Made by a program: the position numbers and the translations under genes
Notes under the pieces: model-generated
The model's database searches: none
What the model saw: only the letters and a program-made list of their open reading frames with translations
Told to the model about the DNA's origin: nothing
Shown: positions 37,880-49,420 of the stretch, piece by piece
Position numbering within the stretch: the stretch's first letter is position 1
How the letters are laid out: the number at the start of each line of letters is the position of its first letter
From: Chiloscyllium plagiosum
Taxonomy: Eukaryota
NCBI RefSeq assembly: GCF_004010195.1
Contig: NW_025215380.1
Location: 108,428 to 172,427 of the forward strand
Length of the DNA stretch: 64,000 nt
Direction of reading: 5' to 3'

Positions 37880-39480
37880 CCCTGTAATCCGTGAGATCTA
37901 ACCTTGCTAACCAGTCTCCCATGGGGAACCCTGTCGAACGCCTTACTGAAGTCATAGATCACATCTGCTGCTCTGCCCTCATCAATCTGCTTTGTTACTT
38001 CCTCAGTCCTCGGCAGATAAGGTTATGGATTATCCACAAAGATTCTGCAAGTACATTAAGACCAAAAGAGCAACTAGGGAGATAATAGGGCCCCTTAATG
38101 TTCAACAAGTTTATCTATGTGTTGAATTGAAGGAGAGGGGAGAGAATCTAAGGGGGGGGTAGGTATAGGACAGATGTTAGGGGTAGGTTCTTTACTCAGC
38201 GAGTCGTGAGTTCATGGAATGCCCTGCCAGTAGCAGTGGTGGACTCTCCCTCTTTATGGGCATTTAAACGGGCATTGGATAGGCATATGGAGGATAGTGG
38301 GCTAGTGTAGGTTAGGTGGGCTTGGATCGGCGCAACATCAAGAGCCGAAGGGCCTATACTGCGCTGTATTCTTCTATGTTCTATGCTACATGAATATTTT
38401 GGTGTCAGCTTTTACTGTAGAGTAAAAACGTGCCGGCTGGAGAACTTGGGGATATAAATACTGATGTTTCGAAAACAGTTCACATTGCAGAAGGGGAAGT
38501 ACTGGCGGTCTTAGAAACATAAAGTTGGATAAATCTCTGGGACCTGATCAAGTGCATCCCAGGACATTGTGAGAAGTTAGGTAAGAAATTGTGGGGCCGC
38601 AAGCAGAGATACTTGTATCATCTATAAACACGAGTGAGGTGCTGGAGGACTGGAAGATGATTAATGTTGTGCCATTGTTTAAGAAAGGCTGTAAGGAGAA
38701 TCCTCTGAACTACAAATCAATAAGTCTGATATCCGTGGTGGGGAAGTTGTTGGAATAATTCTGAAATATAGGATTTGCATGCATTTGGAGATGCAAGGAT
38801 TAATTAGGGATAGTCAGCTTAGTTTTGTGAAGGGGGAATTATGTTCACACATTTGATTGAGCTTTTTGAGGAAGTAACCAAAAAGATTGATGAGGGCAGA
38901 GCAGCAGACTTTAGTAAAGTCTTTGACAAGGTTCCGCACGGTAGACTAATTAGTAAAGTCAGATCATATGGGATTCAGAGACAGCTTGCCAAATGGATAC
39001 AAATTTGCTTTAATGATAGGAGACAGAGGGTGGTGCTGAAGGGTTTTTTTCGGACTGGAGGCCTGTGACCAGCGGTGTTCCACAGGGTTCAGAACTGGGT
39101 CAACAATTGATTGAAATTTGTGTAAACAATTCAGTTGAGAATTTAGGAAAGATGGTTAGTATGTTTACAGATGACGCCAAAATTATGATACATAGACAGT
39201 GAAGATCTTGATCAATTGGATCAATGGGCGGGGGGGGGGGCGGGGGAGGGGGGTGCTGCAGATGGACTTTAGTCTGAATAAATGCAAGGTATTGCATTTT
39301 GGCGGAAACAAACAAGTGCAGGACTTATACAACTAATGCTAGAGCCCTGGGTAGTGTTGTAGAAGAGATCCACAGGTTCAGGTACGAAATTATTTGAAAT
39401 TTTAATCACGTGTAGAAAGGGTTGTTAAGAAAGCGTTTAGCACACTGGCCTTCATTGTTCACAACTCTCAGTACAGGTGT
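37880..39480 (+). mobile_element. CR1-type LINE RT fragment (decayed, with nested 3' piece at about 38150-38385)
   Basis: KSLGPDQVHPR, EDWK, FEEVTKKIDEGRA.DFSKVFDKVPHGRL. Confidence 0.88.
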
Positions 39481-39930
39481 TAAGAGAGAGGTTACCTGAC
39501 TGAGGTCTACAAAGCCTGAATTGAAAATTAAGCTTGCACTGGTGCTTGTCATAGAGGCACCTGCGCAGAGATGGGTTGGCAGTTCGACCAAATTAGATTT
39601 GCGCACATCGTGGAATGGGAGCTTTAAAGATGTTGTAAGCGAACGGAGTGATTTTTAAAATATATATATAAAAGCTTGTGCCTCAAGTTGATTTTATAAA
39701 CACAGAGAGGAATGGATGAATGCAACAATCCCGACCGTCCTGGAAGCACGTGCTGGGTCTAAATCGGAGCACTCGCCTTTCACGTCCGCCTTGAACATTG
39801 AAAAGGCTCTGGAGCTGCGCCTCGTTCCTTTAGTATCGGTCCCTGCGGTGTTAGAGGTGGACCCTGGAGGAGGTGGGCGGGGGGAAGGGGGAGGTGTTGA
39901 AGGCGGCGCCCGGCGTTAGTAGCCACCGGA

Positions 39931-40611
39931 ATGGCTTCGGGCGACCTGATCGAAGGTTCTTCCCGGGGCAGGAAGGGGCGGCGGCGGAGGAGCGCGCCCA
40001 AAGTGCGGCAGGTAGCGGCCGCTGGCGGGGGAGTTCCTACCATGTCCGGGCACATCCTGGAGGCGGTGGGGTCTTCCCGGGACCGCCGCGGCCTCTCGCT
40101 GGCCGGCGTCAAGAAGGCGCTGTCGGCCGCCGGTTACGACGTGCCGCGAATCAATTCGCGGGTGAACCAGGCGGTGCGGAGCCTGGTGTCCACCGGCTCG
40201 CTGCTGCGGACGGCAGGCGCCGGGGCATCGGGTTCCTTTAAAATCAACCGGCAGCACCATCCGGAGGGTCAGAACCGCCCGGTGGCAGCAGCAGCGGCCG
40301 CCGCTAACCCCAAGTCTCGGGGTCGGCAGCGGAAAGCCGCCACCACCCGCGGCAGGAAGAGGAGCCCGGGACGGAGGAAGAAACCGCCGCCAGGCGGCCG
40401 GAAGAAGGGCAGGGCCGCCGGCGGACGGAGGAAAGCGGCCAAAGGGACCGGGGTCCGGAGACCCGGTGGTCACATTCGGGCGGCCCGGAAAGCGACCAAG
40501 GAGCCGTTGCCGGGCGCTGAGCCGCCGCCCGGGGGGCAGGAAGCTCAACCACAGACGGGAGCAGGAGAGAGCGGCTCCGAGGAGGCTGAGCCAGGGGCTG
40601 GGAAGCGCTGA
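39931..40611 (+). CDS. H1: Divergent Arg-rich histone H1-family protein A (226 aa)
   Basis: Winged-helix domain ILEAVGSSRDRRGLSLAGVKKALSAAGYDV..NSRVNQAVRSLVSTGSLLRTAGAGASGSFKIN; intronless; stem-loop 37 nt after the stop. Confidence 0.96.
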   Translation: MASGDLIEGSSRGRKGRRRRSAPKVRQVAAAGGGVPTMSGHILEAVGSSRDRRGLSLAGVKKALSAAGYDVPRINSRVNQAVRSLVSTGSLLRTAGAGASGSFKINRQHHPEGQNRPVAAAAAAANPKSRGRQRKAATTRGRKRSPGRRKKPPPGGRKKGRAAGGRRKAAKGTGVRRPGGHIRAARKATKEPLPGAEPPPGGQEAQPQTGAGESGSEEAEPGAGKR

Positions 40612-40647
40612 AGGAGCGGAATAAATGACCAAAACAACCGAAAAAAA

Positions 40648-40663
40648 GGCTCTTTTCAGAGCC
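40648..40663 (+). terminator. Histone 3' stem-loop (H1-A)
   Basis: GGCTCTTTTCAGAGCC with HDE-like GAAAGAG at about 40679. Confidence 0.96.
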
Positions 40664-40789
40664 ACTGATATCTTCAGAGAAAGAGTCATCTCGGCAAATT
40701 TAATTTTATGATATTTATTAAATGTGAGGGTGGCACTGAGATGTAAATAATGAAGCTCATTCTCAGCCGTACAGATGATCATAATAGTA

Positions 40790-41820
40790 ATTCCTAGTCC
40801 CACCTGCCAGCACCCGGCCCATATCCCTCCAAACCCTCCTATTCATATACCCATCTAAATGCCTTTTAAATGTTGTAATTGTACCAGCCTCCACCACTTC
40901 CTCTGGATACTCATTCCATACTCTGTGTGGAAAAAGTTGCCCCTTAGGTCTCTTTTATATCTTTCCCCTCTCGCCCTAAACCTATGCCCCTCTAGTTCTG
41001 GACTCCCCCATCCCAGAGCAAAGACTTTCTCTATTTACCCTATCCATGCCCCTCATAATTTTGTAAACCTCTATAAGGTCACCCCTCAGCCTCCAACGCT
41101 CCAGGGAAAACAGCCCCAGCCTGTTCAGCCTCTCCCTGTAGCTCAGATCCTCCAACCCTGGCAACATCCTTGTAAATCTTTTCTGAACCCTTTCAAGTTT
41201 CACAACATCCTTCCGAGAGGAAGGAGATCAGAATTGCACGCAATATTACAACAGTAGTCTAAACAATGTCCTGTACAGCCACAACATGACCTCCCAACTC
41301 CTATACTCAATACTCTGACCAATAAAGGAAAGCATACCAAACGCCTTCTTCACTATCCTATCTACCTGCAACTCCACTTTCAAGGAGCTATGAACCTGCA
41401 CTCCAAGGTCTCTTTGTTCAGCAACACTCCCCAGGACCCCTCGAGCCTGATCTGCCATTCAATAGGATCATAAGTAGATAAACAAGTTGCTGGAAGGTCA
41501 GGCAACATTAGGTGAACAAGTCGAGTATAATTAGATCGGGTATAATTAGACCCTACTGTCCCTAATTCACCAGGATCATGGCTGATCCGACATTCCTCAC
41601 ATCCACTTGCCTGCCCTTTTCCCTGGATTTCCCGACTGATCAAGAAAAGCCTTAAGTATACACACACCCGGACTCTGCCCCCACAGCTTTCTCTGTGGCA
41701 AGGAGTCACAACCCCTTGAAAGGAGAAATTCCTCCTCATCTCAGTCTGAAATTGGTGCCCTTTCTTCTGAGACTGTGCCGTCTGGTCCTGGATTTTCTCA
41801 CGAGGGGAAAAACATCCAGA
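40790..41820 (-). mobile_element. CR1/HER1-type LINE fragments
   Basis: ORFs 40982..41203(-) and 41246..41458(-) with KLERVQKRFTRMLPGL and QRDLGVQVH. Confidence 0.88.
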
Positions 41821-41957
41821 GACTCTTCTTCAGCACTCAACCCCCACCTCTCTAGTTGTTACACTTGCAAAGTTACAGCCCCGACGCTGTCCCTCGCTAT
41901 GATTTGTGCGATTTGGACACGGGGCACACAATGGGAATTGAGGATTTCCTATCCTTC

Positions 41958-41965
41958 ATTTGCAT
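41958..41965 (+). promoter_or_regulatory. Octamer (ATTTGCAT) H2B promoter element
   Basis: Perfect octamer about 115 nt upstream of the H2B ATG; the octamer is the known vertebrate H2B subtype element. Confidence 0.7.
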
Positions 41966-42077
41966 GGAGCTGAGAATATCAGGGTTGACCCGGGACAGCG
42001 GCGCTGGTCTGTCTCTTCCTCGCCGTGGCTTGAAAGAGCTCGACTTTCCCGAGAGGAGGCAGCCGCCAGAGTCCATC

Positions 42078-42557
42078 ATGCCGACCACCGCCTCCTCTTC
42101 GTCGTCCGCCGCCGCCTCCTCCTCAGCCGCTTCGTCGGCCGCCATCTCTGCCTCGTCTTCGACAGGGGTGACCGGTGCCGCCAAGGGCGCCGTCTCCAAG
42201 AAAGGCTCAAAGAAGACGGCGATGAAGATGTCCCGCCGGGGGGCGGCGAGCGACCGGAGGCACCGCCGGAACCGCCGCCGGGAGAGCTACAGCCTCTACA
42301 TCTACAAGGTGCTGAAGCAGGTGCACCCCGACACCGGTATCTCCTCCAAGGCTATGAGTGTCATCAATTCGTTCGTAGGCGACATCTTCGAGCGCCTGGC
42401 CGCCGAGGCCTCCCGCCTGGTCCACTACACCCGGCGGCAGACCCTGTCCTCCCGGGAGATCCAAAGCGCCGTCCGCCTGCTGCTCCCCGGGGAGCTGGCC
42501 AAACACGCCGTGTCCGAGGGCACCAAGGCGGTCACCAAATACACCAGCTCCAAGTAG
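42078..42557 (+). CDS. H2B: Histone H2B variant with extended N-terminal tail (159 aa)
   Basis: ATG 42078; fold [51 protein letters not shown]; stem-loop downstream. Confidence 0.97.
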   Translation: MPTTASSSSSAAASSSAASSAAISASSSTGVTGAAKGAVSKKGSKKTAMKMSRRGAASDRRHRRNRRRESYSLYIYKVLKQVHPDTGISSKAMSVINSFVGDIFERLAAEASRLVHYTRRQTLSSREIQSAVRLLLPGELAKHAVSEGTKAVTKYTSSK

Positions 42558-42622
42558 GGCTGTGTCCCCTTGCCCCACCGGGATTATACCTCCCTGTTAA
42601 AACCACCCCGGAAAAGAAAAAC

Positions 42623-42638
42623 GGCTCTTCTAAGAGCC
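42623..42638 (+). terminator. Histone 3' stem-loop (H2B)
   Basis: GGCTCTTCTAAGAGCC-AC, downstream AAATAGGGCTG HDE-like. Confidence 0.93.
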
Positions 42639-45600
42639 ACTCCAACTGTTCACAAATAGGGCTGTAGCAGCGAACAATTTTCGACGCACCCATTAAAACC
42701 ATACCATAAAAGCAGCAATTCTACAGCAATTTAAAAACCCCATGGCTGCAATTTTACGAGCGGAACAACAAAGGAAAGGAACAAGCCGTAATTGAAATAC
42801 CCCTCCCACACGGGAACAATAACTTTAAAAACAATCTCCTGTTAAACTCGCCCAAGAAGAAAACTGCTTTTATAAAATTCTCTTCCATGGCTCCTATTTA
42901 CTGCAAGTGTGACAATTGGGAAAGTAGGAAGGAATAAGTTAACTTAAAATTAAAATCATACCTAAAAAGGAAAAGGTGCTCAAAAATAATTCTGAGACAA
43001 GACTAACTTTCCAAATGTAGTAACTGGAAAACTGGGAAGGAACAAATCTTAATTTTAAATATTTGCATAAACTAACCAACTGGTCCGATCACTAATCCAT
43101 TTATTCATTTGACAGTCTGCCAATTATTTCTATTTTTGAAATCGTTTATTGATATTTTTAAACTACCTGTTGTCAGGCAGGTATAACACCTTTATAATAG
43201 GCGGTACTTGAACCCGGAACACAGCTGCGAGTTTCTCTATTTATAAGTCTATTTGTGATTTCTTTTCACCTCTCCAGTATGGTCTCTAACACACAACTGT
43301 AGCCAGATTTCTGTCATCTTGCTTCAGCTAAACATAAACTCATTATCCTGGTAGGGGTGTGATGATGTTGACTGTAGCAATCAATTTCTACTGGTTTAGA
43401 CTAACAAGAGATGGCTAGGGAGTCATCAAATAAACCTAGGTTTCCACCAGAAAATAAGACCTTCAATTAAATCCCCTCCCAAGAAAACGGCATTTTAAAC
43501 TATCTCAAATAAAAGAGCCCTTGTTGGAGACACATCAAGCCTCAAACAGGGTTGCAATTTATTCCAAGTGTAGCAATAGCGGCAGAGAGATTGAGAAGGA
43601 ACAAATTGCCTAATCTTAAAATATCCATCAGAAAGATTCAACTATTCCTACTTTGTAATTATTTATTTACTTACTTAACTTGCTGGGATCTTGTGTCCAG
43701 TTCAAGAAATCGGCCTCTTCTAAAATCTTTCTACTATGATTATCCCAATTAATATTGGGGTAGAAGGGGACAAATTAAAAGGAACTGCATCCAGAACCAG
43801 TGGGGTTTCCAGTCTGAAGTGAATTGTCACCAAAGGCCCAAGGTTTAACTGCTCAGAGACTTCCTCAGTCTTGTTTTGATCAAAATAAAATACATATCCA
43901 TCATCTTGGCAGTGGCGTGGTGAGATTGTGAACTGATTGTAACGGTCAATCCTTACTAGTTTAGTCTAACAACAGAGGCCCAGGCTTTTACCAAATAGAC
44001 TAGCTCCAAGGAGAGAGTGCTGGCAACCTACAGTTGCAAAGCACGGTCCAAAAGTTCCTTCAAGAGTCACTCAATCTAGATCTTGTCAATAATTTCCGAT
44101 TATTGTGCATGAGGTTCTCGAATTACATGCAAATTCACTGTTATTTTGCAGTGTTGGAGTGGCAGAAGACATTTGGATATGGATCCAGATGTCCCTGTAT
44201 GCCTATTTTCTAACATCCTAAGTTTTATAACATGATGGGAACTCTCTGTCCTCCCTGCAGCCTGATGTGAGTTGGGCTCTAATTTGCAATCATAAGAGTC
44301 ATCCACCTCTGTGTGCAGTCACTGAATTCAGTCAAACTCAATCTTTTCAGTCACATCTGGTCGACTGTGAATGATGCGCATTGTTTACCATTTGTGAATC
44401 CATTCCATCCACAGTTTTCGCTCTCACTGTAGATCAACCAGAGGTGTTGTTTCACTTGAGCTGGAGAATGAGGGGATAGATACTCAATAAAGAACCTTGA
44501 GTGCAAATATTCCACTTAAAACCAAGGCAACATCTCTGCTGAAGGAAGTAATTTTCTCTGAGATTGAATCCCAGGCATGTGCTGTTCAACTATCAAAATT
44601 GAGAATGATGGTGAGGAGGGAGAAATAGGGAATAAATCGAGCAATAATGTCAAATACTGCCAAGTTTATGCCTAAAAGAAATTGCATAAGGTAAGAAGGA
44701 ACTAAGTGGAGGCAGATTATTCTCACAACTGCTCTGTAAGAGTTCCTCTCTGTACTTCCTAAATCTTTTAGGGCATCTGTTCGTTTGTTCCTATTTTACT
44801 TGTTATAAGTCTCAGTATGATTTTTTATCCAATCTTGAATATTTTTGAACTGGACAATCTTGTGTCCACTTCAAGAAATCGGCCTCTTCTAAAACATTTA
44901 TGCTATGATTATCCCAATTAATATTGGGATAGAATGGAACAAATTTAAAAGAAAACACGTGCAGGCTTTAAAACAGGGAGAGAGAAGAAAAAAGATTCTG
45001 CTTAGACGAGGGATGAGGGTGATTTGTGTATATATTTAAATAAAAAAGAACAGCAGAGGCTGAAAACGTGAAACAGAAGGAGAGAATACTGGAGAATCTC
45101 AGCAAGTCTGGCAGTACTTGTGGACTGCGAAAGGGAATAAGTGAATTATTGTTTTCAATGAGAACCTTGAACAGGATTTTAAACCTCGAAACTGGGGGTG
45201 TGGGCGGGAGTTAATGAAAGAAACACGAAGGGTCACAGGACTCGAAACTTTAACGGTTTTTCTCTCTCCGCTAATATCATTGAGCTTCTCCAGCACCATC
45301 GACACTTTGCTGGATTAAAAAAAAAACAAGTTCAGGGTAACAAAACTGAAACAAAAAAAACTGCGTAGAATGGAAGTATGAAGCAATGGTGGAGAAATTC
45401 AATGTTTGACACTGTAGAGAGAAAACTAAGAATTAATATTTAGAGTCCAACGAATCTTCTTCAAAACCTCTCCACACATTCTGCCAGAGCTACTGACTCT
45501 CTTGACTGTGGTTTCAGATTTTCAGCATCCGCAGCTCTTTGTTTTATTCTTGTTAAATTTCGATTCCATTGACCCTTCCTCAGAGTCAGGAGGACTTTTC

Positions 45601-45762
45601 TTATCTCGTTGGTCTTTGACTCTGTAGCGTCCGGTCGAGGGCTTTAAATAGCGGCGGCGGCTGCGGGCGATTCCTCATTTTCCAGTGATAGGCGAGAGAG
45701 GCAAAGACACCCCTGAGCTTGGACACCCACCGCTCACCCACACACCCCTTACCCCCGCGGTC

Positions 45763-46530
45763 ATGGCCGACACCCTGGCGGCCCGAAAAAAGGGCAGGAA
45801 GGGTAAGGCCCTGCCACCGCCCCCCTCCGCCGCCCGGAGCAGCTCCACAGTGTCCGAGCGCATCCTGGAGGCGGTGGCGGCGGCCGGTACCAAGAAGGGC
45901 CGCCGCGGTCTGTCGCTGGCCGCCCTCAAGAAGTTGCTGTCGGGCAACGGCTACGACGTGGCGGCCAACCGCTGGCGGCTCAAGCAGGCGGTCCGCAACT
46001 TGGTGGCCAAGGGCTCCCTGGTGCAGACCTCGGGCAGCGGCGCCTCGGGCTCCTTCAAGCTCGGCAGCACCAAGGCGCAGAGGGAAGCGGAGACCGCCGT
46101 CCGCGGCGCCGAAAGCAAGAACAAACTGAGAAGGGGTGGCGAGATGCTGCCGTCTCCGCCGTCTTCCGCCAGCTCCTCCGCGGCCGCCCACCCGCCCATC
46201 GGCGCCGCCTCCGTCTCCAACCGGCGCAAACCCCGGAAGCCCGCCGCCGCCAAGAGACCCAAGAGGAGCGTGGCGCCCAAAAAGACCAGGCCGAGGTCCG
46301 GCAGAGTCGGCAGGAGAGAACCGATGGGCCGCCGCACCGCCAGGGGACCCAAGCCCGGGAGGAAGGCGGCAGCTAGGGCCGGCCCTCGGAGAGCCAAGCG
46401 CCGGCCGGCCAAACCCAGGAAAGCGGCCAACACCCTGGAGGAAGCGAGTAAACACCCGTCTCAGGAAGAGGTCTCCGCCTCGGCGAAGGCAAACCAGGGC
46501 GGCTCGGACACACAGAACAGCAGCAGCTGA
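45763..46530 (+). CDS. H1: Divergent Arg-rich histone H1-family protein B (255 aa)
   Basis: ATG in good context (GTCATGG); VSERILEAVAAAGTKKGRRGLSLAALKKLLSGNGYDV..LVAKGSLVQTSGSGASGSFKL; TTTAAATA box at 45643-45650. Confidence 0.96.
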   Translation: MADTLAARKKGRKGKALPPPPSAARSSSTVSERILEAVAAAGTKKGRRGLSLAALKKLLSGNGYDVAANRWRLKQAVRNLVAKGSLVQTSGSGASGSFKLGSTKAQREAETAVRGAESKNKLRRGGEMLPSPPSSASSSAAAHPPIGAASVSNRRKPRKPAAAKRPKRSVAPKKTRPRSGRVGRREPMGRRTARGPKPGRKAAARAGPRRAKRRPAKPRKAANTLEEASKHPSQEEVSASAKANQGGSDTQNSSS

Positions 46531-46586
46531 AGGGGAAAGCGAAAGCTCTACAACGTAAAGAAAACTATTCAAGTTACAACCAAAAA

Positions 46587-46602
46587 GGCTCTTTTCAGAG
46601 CC
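46587..46602 (+). terminator. Histone 3' stem-loop (H1-B)
   Basis: GGCTCTTTTCAGAGCC-ACAA, HDE-like AGAAAGAG at about 46614. Confidence 0.96.
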
Positions 46603-47897
46603 ACAAGACATTCAGAAAGAGTCGAAGCCAATTATTGCCACAGAGGTCTGAATTGTACTTCTAACATCCACAAAATATTCAGAAAGTCGCTACGTTTGTG
46701 TAACATGTTTGAGTTATATTTAGACTAACGAAGAAAAATAAAGCCAAATTGCAGACAATTTCAGACTCTTCAGATTCCCGAGACACACAGAAAGCTATGA
46801 GTAGTGATTGGAAAAGAGATGCTTAGGTTTATACAAAGGTATACAAATTGCAAAGGATGGATGGCACATGAACAAATTTATCTTCGTACTCAACATGAAG
46901 TTAAATTGAAGTGATCACAAATTATACACATTGTCCTCTGCACCCTGAAGCGTTTTCTAGAAATCGCTTGGACGGATTAAAAAATACTAACAAATCATCG
47001 GAGAAACCTACTCCGGCCGTCCTCAAACAGACCCCTGGACCGCGGAGATTCTTCAGCTGTTTATTTTAAAAACAAAACTTGACTTTAAAATTTACAAACA
47101 CACTTTTCAAGTTGTTAATACTATTAGCACAAAAAGTGGAGAAATTTCAATAACAGTGTGAAATAAATCTACAGAATTCAAACAGAGGGCTGATTGGCCT
47201 TCTCTCAGCGTTTATTTTTATTGTTTTATTTTTTGGTCTTTCATGGGATGAGGGCATCTCTGGCTTTACCAACATTTGTTGCCCATCAGAAATTCGCCTT
47301 GAAGACTGACTTGCTGGGCTATGCTGAAGTCACTGAAGAATCAACTCCATTTACTGTGGGTCTGGAAGACATTCAATGTATTCACGAACCGATGGGTCAG
47401 GATTGTTCCTAGTCCAGTGACATTACCTGACCTATTTCAGATGTTTGATGAATTGAATTTAAATTGTACCAGGTCCCGAGGTGAGATTCGATGCTGCGAC
47501 TCGACAACATTGAGCCGGGGTGTCTGGACTTTTCCCAGTCCAGTGACAGTACCAAACATTACTGACCACTACTTGAAGATTTACGATGAATTGGAATTCA
47601 TTTCCATCAGGTCCCGGGATTTGGATCTGAATCAGTGTCTCTAGTGCGTGGAGCTGGGGTTTCTCATCTGGGCTTGTTTATTAAATTGGGTTTAAATTCT
47701 ACCAGGTCCCGGGATGGGTATCGAGCTCGTATCTCCTGAAAACCGCGGGTGTGTGGGTGTGGAGACCGGTTCCATTCTCGTGGTGCCACCATCACCCCAT
47801 TGTCCACTTTGAAAGGCGTCTCCACCGCGTCCGCCCCGAGTCTTTAAATGGAAGGGGAAGGGCTAACGGCGGCTCAGTCAGTCTCAACTCAGGGACT

Positions 47898-48398
47898 ATG
47901 CCGAAGGTGCGCCGAGCCTTGGCCGGCAGTGCGGCGGCCAGGAAACAGCAGCAGCCGCCGCCTCCGACTCCTCCTCCTCAGCAGCAACAGGAGCCGCTAC
48001 GGCCTTACCGACGCCAGCGGCGTCAGGAGTTGCGGATCTCGCAGCTGATCCTTCAGGCGCTGTCTGCCCGCAAGCAGCGGGGGGCCCTGTCGCTCACCTC
48101 CCTCCGCAAGGCGCTGCTGGCCAGGGGCTACGACGTGGAGCGCAACAAGGACAAGGTGCAACTCGCCATCCAGAGCCTGGTCAACAGCGGCTCGCTGGTG
48201 CAGACCACGGCCACTGGCTCCCTCAAGCTCAGCGCCGGCCACAAGGAGGGGGCCAAGCCGCCTCCGACCGCAGCCCTGCTCCCGGCCAAGGAAGGGGCCG
48301 TTTCCGCCTGCGCCAGGGAGGAAGCCCAGCCACCCGACAAGAAACCCCGCAAGAGACGGGGCGAGAGGAAGCCAAGGCCGAGGAAGACCAGGAAGTGA
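47898..48398 (+). CDS. H1: Divergent short histone H1-family protein C (166 aa)
   Basis: ISQLILQALSARKQRGALSLTSLRKALLARGYDVERNKDKVQLAIQSLVNSGSLVQT; TTTAAA box at about 47843; stem-loop downstream. Confidence 0.94.
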   Translation: MPKVRRALAGSAAARKQQQPPPPTPPPQQQQEPLRPYRRQRRQELRISQLILQALSARKQRGALSLTSLRKALLARGYDVERNKDKVQLAIQSLVNSGSLVQTTATGSLKLSAGHKEGAKPPPTAALLPAKEGAVSACAREEAQPPDKKPRKRRGERKPRPRKTRK

Positions 48399-48449
48399 GC
48401 GGAGAAACATCCCCCACTCCCTTCTCTTTTCACGATCCTGAACATAAAC

Positions 48450-48465
48450 GGCTCTTTTGAGAGCC
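48450..48465 (+). terminator. Histone 3' stem-loop (H1-C)
   Basis: AAAC-GGCTCTTTTGAGAGCC-ACAAA. Confidence 0.94.
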
Positions 48466-48709
48466 ACAAATTCTCTCAAAACTAGATAACCGTCTCTCAG
48501 ATTCATCTGTATATAAATGATGCAAGTACACTAATATATAACAGGCAATGCAAGCGTTAGACCTGCACGGAACTAAAGGAAAACAGCTGTCAAAATTCAG
48601 GACTAATAAGAGGGGGTGCACATTGAATGGTCCCTAACAACATCAGAGGGACTTTGACATCCATGTCCATCGGAGCACTTCAACAATGAAGTGAGTTTCG
48701 TTCGGCGGA

Positions 48710-48932
48710 GTAAAAGTCGAGAGTGTAGTGCTGGAAAAGCACAGCAGGTCGGGCAGCATCCGAGGAGCAGGAGAACCGACGTTTCGTGCAAAAGCCCTTC
48801 ATTGGGAATGAGGCTGATGAAGGTCTTTTGCTCGAAAAGTCGATTTTCCTGCTCGTCGGTGCTGCCTGACCAGCTGTGCTTTTCCAGCACCACACTTTCG
48901 ACTCTAATCTCCAGCATGTGCAGTCCTCACTT
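48710..48932. mobile_element. Palindromic Penelope-derived mini-element (family B)
   Basis: Inverted arms GTGCTGGAAAAGCACAGC...GCTGTGCTTTTCCAGCAC, matching the ends of the Penelope copies at 28.4 and 30.8 kb. Confidence 0.75.
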
Positions 48933-49054
48933 ACGCCAAATAGAAATCTCATGCCACTCCGGCCTGCCTGAGTACAGGGTATTGTCAGCAGCCTTTATTA
49001 AAAGCCTTAACGTGTCTCCCTTAACGTGGTTCAATGTCCAAGCCCATTAACAAC

Positions 49055-49420
49055 TCAATTCCTTAGAGCCCGGGTGTCTCTGGAGAAGGAGCACGTGGTC
49101 TCCCTGGAGTTGTTCAGGGAGAGGTGAACGCATCATTTCCCCCTCCAACTCTCTTTCGACTTAATCCCTACCTTTCCCTTCACTGTTTGATCACTGTTTG
49201 CCCTTTGATGTGAAGGGCATTGCTTGTCACTGGCCACTCGGGTGTTTCCTTTCTTCCTGGTGGCGGAAATTGAACAAAGATTCGTGCACCTTGTGTCTTT
49301 GACTGTGTCTCACACCTGCACACACACACACCATGGGGGCTGGGGAAAAATAAGCACTACCGCAGTCAGGCAGTGGTGTGGGGGTAATAAAAAAAAGGAA
49401 AAAAGAAAAACAGGAGTGGC
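49055..49420 (+). mobile_element. Probable Tx1/L1-type LINE 3' remnant
   Basis: RARVSLEKEHVVS..FRER-like ORF end followed by UTR and A-rich tail; related decayed sequence flanks the gap at 21.2-22.1 kb. Confidence 0.45.

Noticed and set aside
41856-42077. Longer N-termini for H2B (41856), H1-B (45685), H1-C (47751) and H1-D (53110) in the ORF track
   Set aside because: They use non-ATG starts. For H2B the octamer position favours ATG 42078 over the in-frame ATGs at 41931 and 41964.
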